Assembly (NCBI GenBank): GCA_012295275.1
Contig: CM022669.1
Location: forward strand, 10,602,001 to 10,666,000
Length of the DNA stretch: 64,000 nucleotides
Direction: 5' to 3'
DNA from: Chrysomallon squamiferum
Lineage: Eukaryota; Animalia; Mollusca
Notes under the pieces: generated by a model
Told to the model about the DNA's origin: nothing
The model's input: only the letters and a program-made list of their open reading frames with translations
The model's database searches: none
Made by a program: the position numbers and the translations under genes
Shown here: positions 53,634 through 64,000 of the stretch, one piece after another
Layout of the letters: the number at the start of each line of letters is the position of its first letter
How positions within the stretch are numbered: the stretch's first letter is position 1

Positions 53634-56270
53634 CTTGATCAGTCACTTTGATTTATATTTGTATTTCAAAGATACAAATAATGTTTATACGATCCTTTTC
53701 ATTAGGTGACAATCCTGGGCTATTTCGTACTTTTTATCAAAAATAGAATCCTTCTGGGAATTCAACATAATGATAACAATCGTTAAGATCAAAGTTTTAT
53801 GAGGTATTAAAAACAGATATTAATTCACATCTGCATATTCAGCCACACAAAATTTGCCCTTGTGTTTAAATTGTTATTAATATTAATCAGCTGAACTTTT
53901 ATTTTTCTAGGTGCCATGATGCCAAGGGCCCCATTTTTCTCTTTGATTTGTTGGTTGATTTTATAGATTACGTTTTCGCTCTGGTACCCAAATTCTTGAT
54001 TATCTGAAATTATCGCTAAATGTTATTTTCACTTTCAATTTAACAGTTATTCCTCGTATTTGAATATCACGACAGTTCGAAAACTGTTTTCAAATTAAGT
54101 ATCATTTATACAGTTGACATTACGTATTTATATATATATATATATAAAAAACAATTAAAAAAACTTTTGTTTCCTTTTGAATCGGGAACAACGCTTTAAA
54201 TTACTCGAATCTTTTTTTTTTCTTCTTCTTTTTTTTTCTCCCCGAACAATACAGAATTGAATAGATTTTATAGGATTTAAAAAAAAACATTCGAGTTAAA
54301 TGTACTTAATAAATAATTAGAAGTAATTGTCAAAGCTTACCAACCTTAGTACTATTTACGTTTTTTGCACAGTAATGTTGGCAGTAAAATTTTATTTGTT
54401 TTCGCAAGGAAATCACGTAGATTTGTGAACCCGATAACTCTCCATAGTTCAGCAGTCAGTGGATTTATTTGTTATTTCCACATCATTATAATCAGCGTTG
54501 CGAATGACGCTAAAACATAGCCGTAAAAAAAAAAAAAAACACAAACATACCTGCTGTGACTGCCGTGCTGTTTAATGATGGGAAAATTAATGAAAACGGT
54601 TAATCGCTGGGGATTTCCTTTGTTTCAGACGACGGGGTTCACATGCGTGCTGACGTCCCGTTAATAATCTGTGAACGGCGTCGGCGGCTTGGCTCTTTCG
54701 AAGTGCCCCGTTCACGTCGTTGTGTACGCATAAATCGTATTCACAAAACAAACAGACGTGATATCGTTAATGAAGTTGTCCAGAACACATCTCTTGTCTT
54801 AAGTGCATAAATAAAGCAGTGAAAGAGTGCTTAATGTTAATAATTAACTGATTTCTGAATCAGCATGCATATACAAATATTATTATATGCGTATACAAAT
54901 ATAATTATGTACGTATACAAATATAATTGTGTACGTATGCAAATACAATTGTGTACGTATACACATATAATTATGTACGTTTACAAATAATACTGAAAGC
55001 AGATATTATAATTACTTTGATTAATTTCACATCAGGAACATAAATACTACAGCAGCAATGACGACTGCTATCACTGTTTCCACGCTATAACTACGACTAC
55101 CCAACAACTACTGCATACAAATATAACTATACTTGCTACTACTACTTCTGCTACAACTTTTACAGTTTCTATTACTACTATTACTTCTGCTGCTACTACT
55201 AGTACCTCGCCAATAATTACTATTGCTGCTACTGCTACTGCTACTGCTACTTCTACCACAACTACCACTACAATAATGACCATTGTTACTGCTGTTACAA
55301 CTGCTATTACAATACCACTACTATTACTTGTTACATTAGCCACGACCATAACAACGACAACAGTAGTAGTTGTAGTGGTTTTAGTAGTAGTAGAAGTAGC
55401 AGTAGCGTCACCATCATCATCAGCATCAAAATCACAGAATTAGTAGCAGCAGATGATACGTTTGTTAAACCTACAGATAAATATATTGTAAATAGTAATA
55501 GTAACAGTAATAATAAAATCGACAATACAGTGAGAAAAAATACATCATCATCATCATCATTAATAATAATATTAATAACAACAACAACAAACATAAGCAT
55601 ATAAACAAAATTTGATTTTGTAGTAATTATCAGTTCGTTAAAACCTTTATTACTTAATATTGTAGCGTATAATAAGATGTTAAAAATCACACAGTTTAAA
55701 ATGAGTTATTAACTAACTTATTGTATTTTTTTGAGAATGATTACTTTTAGTAATTTATTTTGTTTTGTTTAGTTTCTTATATAACATAATTTAGTTTTCT
55801 CTACAGTTACATTATTATTATTATTATTATTCGAACCTCACTGTATCTTCTAAGAATAACGTCTACACATTTATCGATCAAGTTTACTGCGTAGCCATGG
55901 GAAAATAATTATGATGACGTCAAAATAATGGAAAAGCACATCGTACGTTTTCGTCACTAGTTGCAGAATACGGATGACGTAAAACAAATTGGTGAAAAAG
56001 GTGAAACTAAAATCAATTACGACTCTTTAGAAATCTTGTTATGGTAGTCAGTGGATTTCTTTAACGAAATTACTGTTGAGCAATCGATATTTGTGTCGTG
56101 TGACATTTCGGACAAGTAACTTCGTTAATTCGGGATTTCATAGTCGGCGGAAACCACAGTTCGTAAATAATCGGAAAAGACACGGAAAGACTCGCTGGGC
56201 GTTATCGGAATGTAAAAACGATCATGACTGTAAATCAGAAATAAGAAAATATTAATCAATTTAAAAAATA

Positions 56271-56314
<44 letters not shown>

Positions 56315-56922
56315 TATTTGTAATTTTGCAGTTTACACTAATATTATTAGAAATCAAATGTGATAAATGCAATAAATATTTTACTTTTATCTTTAATGCA
56401 GATGGAAAGAGTTTGTAAAGTTGGATGTTTATTATGAAGATTTGATGTACCAGAAAATTGAACAACGGGAGGCGTATGAAGTAAGTTTTAATTTTATAAA
56501 CATTTATTAATTTATATATTTGTTTGTTTGTTTGTTTTGTCTGTTTTGTTTTGTTTGTTTATTTATTTATTTATTAGTTTGTATGTTTGTTTGTTGGCTT
56601 ATTTATTAATTTGCTTACTTGCTTGCTTATTTGTTTGTTTGTTTATTTATTGTTTTTTCATTTATTAACATTAAACCAATACTAATAAAATATTTGCTAC
56701 TTCTTCTTCTTTTTTTTTTTTTTTTTTTTTTTTCAGACACCCAATCTGATAAGTGACGTAGGTGGACAGCTTGGTTTGTGGCTGGGTCTGTCCGCCATCA
56801 CGATTGGAGAATTGTTCAGTTTTATGTTGTCAATCACCAAAGCTGTTCTGGTAAACAGAAAAAGGAAGTCACCGGTAAAACCAATGGATCAATTGGATTT
56901 AACAAAAAATATAACCTCTTAA
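47166..56922 (+). CDS. DEG/ENaC channel subunit, paralogue B, 602 aa; exons 47166-47682, 48386-48728, 49380-49483, 50359-50522, 50967-51183, 51867-51945, 52180-52237, 52504-52565, 56402-56480, 56737-56922
   Basis: Same motifs as paralogue A. Exons 3-9 have identical lengths in both genes (104, 164, 217, 79, 58, 62, 79 nt); total 1809 nt in frame. The exon 2 acceptor (AAG ending at 48385) is the least certain junction. Confidence 0.94.
48287..48371. repeat. Inverted repeat, 31-bp arms (48287-48317 / 48341-48371), 30/31 match
   Basis: gatatagtcacacagatgttgtggaataaac versus gtttattccacaacatctatgtgactatatc, around a (CA)n(TA)n loop. Confidence 0.95.
49691..49769 (-). pseudogene. Internally deleted tRNA-Ile-derived pseudogene in intron 3 of channel B
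   Basis: Keeps GCCCCAG..TAGGTTAGCGCGCCGTACT and TTCGAGCCTCGCCTGGGGCA. The anticodon region is altered and ~30 nt (3' intron half, 3' anticodon stem, 5' T stem) are missing. Confidence 0.85.
50083..50192 (+). tRNA. tRNA-Ile-TAT: tRNA-Ile(TAT) with 36-nt intron, sense within intron 3 of channel B
   Basis: Full 110-nt copy followed by gcTTTTTTT. Confidence 0.93.
51716..51889. repeat. Inverted repeat, 53-bp arms (51716-51768 / 51837-51889), 49/53 match, overlapping the intron 5/exon 6 junction of channel B
   Basis: The left arm is the reverse complement of the last 30 intron nt plus the first 23 nt of exon 6. The loop is mostly (TA)n. Confidence 0.95.
54866..54988. repeat. 22-bp degenerate minisatellite, ~5-6 units
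   Basis: Unit approximately gtacgtatacaaatataattat. Confidence 0.8.
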
Positions 56923-57097
56923 AGGAAACGTTAACTTAGTTTGTGTTTTTTAAAATTGTTTTAAATAGGTATAGCATAGTATGTTTTACAGGGTCTGTTA
57001 TGTAGCGTTGTGAACAGTCTTATGAGAATTTTCAGTAGCAGATTATCTTCGTAAAAATAATTTTAAATAATAAATGGACGGAATAGTAAATCGATGT

Positions 57098-57505
57098 TTT
57101 TAACTATTTTACATTACACTTCTGTAGAAGATTATCCGATTAAAAATGATTTAAAAAATAAACAATACCTAGACAGAATAGTGAATGATGGTTTTAACTA
57201 TTTTATATTACACTTCTGTAGAAGATTATCCGATTAAAAATGATTTAAAAAATAAACAATACCTAGACAGAATAGTGAATGATGGTTTTAACTATTTTAT
57301 AATGCACTTCTGTAGAAGATTATCCGAGTAAAAATGATTTAAAAAATAAACAATACCTAGACAGAATAGTGAATGATGGTTTTAACTATTTTATATTGCA
57401 CTTCTGTAGAAGATTATCCGAGTAAAAATGATTTAAAAAAACAAAAACAATACCTGGACTGAATAGTGAGTGATGGTTTTAACTATTTTATATTGCACTT
57501 CTGTA
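57098..57505. repeat. 94-bp tandem repeat, ~4.3 units plus a degenerate upstream unit, in the presumptive 3' UTR of channel B
   Basis: tctgtagaag begins at 57121, 57215, 57309 and 57403 (94-bp period). Confidence 0.93.
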
Positions 57506-57970
57506 TGATAATCATAGAAAACTGTTTTGTTAAGCCGGGGTTTACTTGCAGCTGCTTCTCATCTGTTTAATTTTAATTTAATAATAATGTACATAAAATT
57601 TAATTTAATATAATTTAATTCATATTAATTTTTTACTTTATGATTATTATTATTTTCAAAAATATGCATTTGTTTTAATAAAATATACACATTCCTGTGT
57701 ATCACTCTAATAAACTGAACACAACTGAAGTTTTATTATTTGTCTGTACAATTAGACTTTAGGCATCTATCTCCCTGTAGGTATTAAGATAATATCTCTC
57801 TCTGTTTGTATATAAACATGTATATATATGTGTGTGACTGTGTGTAGTGTGTATGTGCGCGTGTGTGTTTGACTACACACGTGCAAATTCCATGTACCTG
57901 TTGTAAATTTCATACCATGGGTTTATCATTATTATTATTGTTGTTGTCGTTGTTATTGCTGATGATGGTG

Positions 57971-58060
<90 letters not shown>

Positions 58061-58434
58061 CCCCCCTCCCGCTAACACAAACACACACAACGTACGTAAC
58101 AAAACAAAAAAAAAATATGTTCGTTTTGATTTATAAAATCAGCTTCCTATACATACATATCTATATATATATATATATATCTATGTGATACGCCTGGACT
58201 GTCAAACACATTTCAGTGTTTTATTAGGTACTGTGTGTCCCCACAGCATGTTACAGTCAACATCAAAGTGTTTATTAAATACAGCAATGCATTAGTTTTA
58301 ACCAATATTGGCAGGATCCCCGGGAGGAATATGATTTTGATCATTAAAGGAAACATTAAACGGGTAAGTAATATTAGACACTACAAAACAAACAAACGAA
58401 AATCAAATGTTATTTAGGACCTTTCGGTCGTTCA

Positions 58435-58471
<37 letters not shown>

Positions 58472-58996
58472 TAAAAATAAATAAAAATAAAATAAATAAA
58501 ACCCAAATTTACTTAGGATTCTTGGTTCGTTCAAATATTTTTTTCAATCTACGAATCCAAAAAGTCCTTGAAACTTCTGGCATTATTGATTGTATTCAAG
58601 GAAAGAGTTTTAGGATGCGTCTATACGTCCAGAGTGTAAATACAATAACAGTAGACAATTCCGCAAAGTAGAGTAGAAAGCAATTAGGATTTTACCATAG
58701 CGTGACAAAACAGAGGTTAGGCTTTGAAAACATTGTAAGCTTAAAATAATAAAACTAACAATAAATGACAAAAAAATTCAATAGTTATGATCGAGGGAGC
58801 TGGTATTGTGTCTTGTGTGTTTTTGTGTATGTATACGAGTACGTAGGTGTCTGTAAGTATGTGTATCTACGTGTGTTTGAATACCCTTTTAAGTATGTGT
58901 GTGGGAAGGTTTGCATTACGTACGTTTGAGTACAGATGTGGTTTGTGTTTATTTTTAAATGGAATATTGTGAATCTGCCTTTTCGATCATGCAGTG

Positions 58997-59043
<47 letters not shown>

Positions 59044-59323
59044 TTATTAAAAAAGTTAATGTAAAATAAATAAATAAAATAGAAAATAATAAATAATATA
59101 AATAATATGATTTTGTATAAAATTTAAATCACTAAAACAGTTGATATAAACTAAATTTGTAAAGACTTTATAAACCTGTATTATTAAAATAAATAAGTAA
59201 GTAAGTAAATAAATAAATAAATAAATAAATAAAAAAATAATTCCATAAAAAAAAAGGAAGAAAACAATATGAAAGTCAAACCACACTCTCAGTTTCAATT
59301 AAAAAAAAAGAAAGAAATAATAA

Positions 59324-59362
<39 letters not shown>

Positions 59363-59567
59363 AAATAAAATAAAAAAAAAAAAAAAAAAAAAAAAAAAAT
59401 GAAAATAAGAAAGCCAACTTAAGAAAGCGTAACTTCTGTAAATATACCTTTATCAGTTATGAAACGAAAAACCAGTTTTATAACACAACAAAAACAGAAA
59501 TAAAAAAATGAACATTTTTAATATTACACATGAGCATTTTAAACAGTACTTGAAAAACAGAAAACAG

Positions 59568-60020
59568 TCAGACGTCAGTACTGTCTACCATGTGAAGTCT
59601 CCACCTGATTTCTTTTTTCAGTTTGGGTGGAACAAGAATCACAGAATCTGTCAAAGACAAAAACAGTTTTTTACTAACAACACAGCAGTGACAGATATGA
59701 TAACATAAAACATGCAAGGATCTTGTTGTGTGATCCTAGGAATATTGTGAAAGATGAAAGTAAAGAATCAGAGTAAAATAATCCACGAAAGATTATATTG
59801 TGAAGTCCAACAAAAGTTAATAATTTTCAGTTACATTATTTTATTAACGTATTATTTAAATTTCTTTTTATTTATTTACATGTTGACATGATCACACTGT
59901 GACATTGAGGATATTTTGAAAGAAGTAAGCAAAGATTTAGAGTCAAATAATCCATGAAACATTAATCTGTAACATCTAATAGGAGATTAATAATTTCTAG
60001 TGAAATTATTTTATTAATGT

Positions 60021-60056
<36 letters not shown>

Positions 60057-61031
60057 TTATTATTTTTTATTTTTTTTTTATTTATAGAAACCCACATGCC
60101 ATGTGGATTAATTCAGAATTTGTTTGAAATTAAATTTTTTTAAAAGTCTTGTGAAACCACAAACAAACTACTGAAAACAATCTTAAAAATAATCATTAAA
60201 ATTTTTAATAACATGTAATAAAAACATAAACCTCTTACTAACCTAGTTTTTCAGAGGGTTTCAAGTTCTGGCCTCTCTGCATGGCCTGTGCAATGGCATT
60301 GGCTGTTAGCCCTGGGCCAAGCATCTGTAAGAAAATAATTAATACCTGGAACTTGTGTCTGTGACAGTTTAAAAAGACACACACACTCACATATATATCA
60401 CAGACAGAGAAACAAAAAATACCTAATTAAGTGTATGTTATATACTTTAAGTTCTGTTTACAATATATTTATTAATTAACGATATTGTTATTATGTGTTT
60501 CCAGAAAAATGATGGAAAACTATTTTATATACCATAATTAGTAAAATAATACAATTGTGTGTGTACACACATATGTATCATTCAAACATGCTTTCAGCCC
60601 TGGCAATCAAAAGGACAGAAAAAGAAACAGAGAGAAACAGAAATACAGAAACATTTTAAAGTTAAGAAGAAATAGAAAAAGAGGTAGATGCACATACTAG
60701 ACAAAGATCTAAATGAACCATTAAAGAAAAATACCTACAACATTTTTAAAAGTAAAACACACTGTCATATTACTTCAGTATGCTACTCTGTACTGTCTAA
60801 CTGCAAACATTTCTTAATTATATATTATTTTAAATCTGAACTCACTGGTTGGTTTGTGGTGTCAGTGACGTCACTGGGCCAAATCTCAGGAACTGACTTC
60901 TCTAAGAGAGTGAGAAGTTTATCATAAACCTTCTGAACAGCTGCAGCCTTCGAATCAAAGTTAAACTGAACCAGAGCTTTCATCAAACTGTTTATCTCTC
61001 CTGTTTTAGTAATAATAGCAATAATAATAAC

Positions 61032-61102
<71 letters not shown>

Positions 61103-63706
61103 CAACAACAACAACAATAATAATAAATAATAAAAGCAACATCAATAACAATAATAATTATGATGATGATAATTATGATAAAGATAATAATAATGAAAAT
61201 AATAATAATAACAATCCCTTCTAAAAAGAAATTTAAAAAAATTAATTTCTTAAACCTAAATATTAAACTATATAACTAGCTTTATATTATGTTAAAAAGA
61301 AGTAATTTCTATTTTAATATTTACTTTATATTACAGTCAAAAGCTTAAGCAATTTTAACAATTCATTCACACAAAAAGTATACACACATCATTTAAATGA
61401 AGACGCTATTTCTAGGACATTATATCAGTTTAAAAGCTCATTATTTTCTTCTCTTGTTTTAGTAGTTGAAATCACTGTACATAGCTAAATGCTCTGAAGT
61501 AATAAGAACACAAATTTTATTTCTGAGTACCCATCACTTACACAGTCATTAAAAACATTTCAACTCTTTTACTTGCCTATCAGTAATTCTACAATCTGTT
61601 TTAATTCAAATAGTTACATCTTATGGAATGAATGATCAATTTTAATTCTAGAATCCATCTTTTATACTTCATTAAAAACAGTATTCTTTTCCCACTAAGA
61701 CAATAATACACTTTAATTCTTCTATTCACCTCTTGTTGAACTGATGATAACTCATAACACCTGGACAAAGTTTTAACTGTTTTTACTCACCTCTCATCGA
61801 GTCAGCTGACAGGATCAGTTTAGACAAAGCGTCTATCAGAGCAAAATCCTCAAACTGACTTCCTTCTTTTAGACTCCACCTTTTACTTTCTCCCCGTCTT
61901 CTGCTGCGAGATGACTGTCTGTTAATCAAAAAACAAACTTAGCTTAATTAATTTAAGAAGGAAGACACATTTATTAAATTAGAAAGAAAATTTGATTAAT
62001 TAATTAATTAAGAAGACTAGAAAAAGATACATCTTTTTGTGATAAAAACAAAAACAAAACAAAATACATCTTGCACACAAAAACCCCAATAAACATGTCT
62101 GTGACATAACTGTTACTTTCCTTCATATCTTGATAAATAATCCAAATTTTCAAAACATCTAAAAATCTTAAAAAGGATGCAGAAAGGATCAACAGCTTTC
62201 TACAATGTGCTGCAATTATTATCAGTATGAAATTGTGAATTATCCAAATCTTTAATACACGACTCTATCGAAAATAAAATAACACATCACATTTTTTTTT
62301 TTTTTTTTTTATAAATCAGTTGATGTCTAATTTTGGAACTGGAAATAGTCCAATGAGCATAATAAATAAAACAGAAGCTAAAACGTGTCACAAAAAAGTT
62401 AATATTTGAATGAGATAAGCAGAATTTCTGTGTTGTAGTTCTGTTTCTCACCCAGACATTCTGCTCATGACAGTGGAGCGTCGACTGTCCTGTGTGAGCT
62501 GAGAGGAAACAACACTGCTAGTGTCAGAAAACAGGTCTGAGTGGTGTGCATTCCCTGCATGTTCTCCATCTGAAAACACAGATAAAACAAATAAAATACA
62601 CACATACATACATGTATGCATGAATAAATACATACATACATGTACACACACACATCCATACATCCATACATGTACATAACTGCATTACATACATACCTGC
62701 AATGATGTATACACACCATATATATATAAAAACACACACACACACACACATATATATAAACAAAAATACATAAATACATAAAGAAAGAAAAGGTAATTAA
62801 ATTTACTTCATACATTATTAACATCTTCAAAAAAAAAAAACAGCTACAATTGTGAAACATGTATTTTTGAAATCTGAGTCGTCTGATAAATGTATATCAA
62901 AATATCCGTAAAGTAAAATTCTTCTAAATACAATATGTACAATACAAAGATATAAATAATATAACAAAATTAATTAACAAATACTACTACTACTACTACT
63001 ACTAGTAATAATAATAACAATAACAATAACAATAATAATTTAAGAGTTCAAATATTTTACCGATCAGGTCAAAGCTGGCTTGTTTCTGTTCTCTCACAAC
63101 TCTAAGCCTGTGTCTGTGTTTGTCAAAGTCTGACCTCAAACACTGCAGAGTTTCCAGAGTGTGGTCACAACTCTCCAGCATTCCACTCTTCAGATTTGTC
63201 TCTATGAAATCTGTCCTCTTGTGTCTGTACATCTTACAGAGAAAGAAGAAAATCATATAAATCACTGCGTTAAAGTGGATTTTTCAGCAATTCAGAGAAG
63301 CATGATAAACTTCTGTATGTTTGCTTAAAGTGACTGAAGTGAATTACAAGACAATCATAATAATAATAAAACAGATAACAATATGTTAGGTTAAAATAAC
63401 TGAAGTGAAGTTCTAATTAAAACAACAACCATAAATAAATTAATAACCAAATTCTAAGATTATTCTAATTATTGGAGTTATATTTATTTCAGCCAACAAT
63501 TATTTTAGTGAATATAAAGATTTAAAAAAAAAAACCAAAACCCAAACATATTAAATGGAAATACTGGTTACTCCAAACTATTAACAAAGCTGAATTTAAT
63601 AATATGATCAAGTTACAGAGTGTTAGCTAAATACAATATTTACCATTCTTAATGCTTCATCCCAAAGACAACCATCAACCAGACAAACAATGGCTTCTTC
63701 AACATC
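59568..63706 (-). CDS. ELP1: Elongator complex protein 1 (IKBKAP), last 7 coding exons (63706-63644, 63232-63061, 62569-62452, 61918-61791, 61000-60846, 60324-60243, 59647-59568); gene continues beyond the window
   Basis: Spliced translation DVEEAIVCLVDGCLWDEALRM-MYRHKRTDFIETNLK..RLRVVRE..SDLFSDTSSVVS..SSRSRRRGESKRWSLKEGSQFEDFALIDALS..PEIW..LGPGLTANAI..VPPKLKKEIRWRL matches the ELP1 C-terminus as I recall it (SDLFSETSSV, SLKEGS.ED.AL, PEIW, LGP..TAN). Confidence 0.95.
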
Positions 63707-64000
63707 CTATAAAACAACAGTTAAACTAACACAAAAACTTTACACAGAAACAACAATTTATACTTTAGCAAGTATTATTTTGGTTCAAATCATACATGAA
63801 AGATACAAATGACTTAATATACTGTCATGGTAAATGCAGCTGATCAAATTGGTTTTGCTATTTAGTCAGAAAACCTTCACATTTGCAAGTCTAATAGTCT
63901 AAAATTACCAACTGAATCGTACCGTGTAAGATCATATAAAATAAATGTAATTCAGTTTTTAAAATTAGATAAAATATCATTTAATATGTGTAATATCTAA

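Noticed and set aside
59568-63706. Functional link between ELP1 (U34 modification) and the neighbouring U34 tRNA-Ile genes
   Set aside because: In yeast, Ile-UAU carries pseudouridine at 34 rather than an Elongator-dependent modification, and nothing in the sequence indicates co-regulation. Adjacency is probably coincidental.

Overview
AT-rich, microsatellite-dense animal genomic DNA with GT-AG spliceosomal introns. A mollusc or cephalopod origin is plausible but cannot be established from the sequence. (1) From 0.9 to 24.4 kb lie four same-strand two-exon orphan genes. Each has a 7-13 codon first exon, a phase-0 intron splitting the signal peptide, and one large exon encoding a Cys-free, low-complexity secreted protein. 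(2) From 28.3 to 56.9 kb is a head-to-head pair of 10-exon DEG/ENaC channel paralogues (636 and 602 aa). Both lack the conserved pre-TM1 HG motif, both carry a polybasic furin-type site, and they show patchy near-identity suggesting gene conversion. (3) The 3' part of ELP1 is on the minus strand at the right edge. (4) There are five intact and two decayed intron-containing tRNA-Ile(TAT) genes. A divergent tRNA pair sits in the same intron of both channel genes and has been lost reciprocally. The plus-strand channel gene has two near-perfect fold-back stems at 3' splice regions, each with an A:C mismatch, one on an Ile codon where the paralogue has Val. Most short ORFs in the track are microsatellite artefacts. 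All gene models were spliced by hand and no database search was run.
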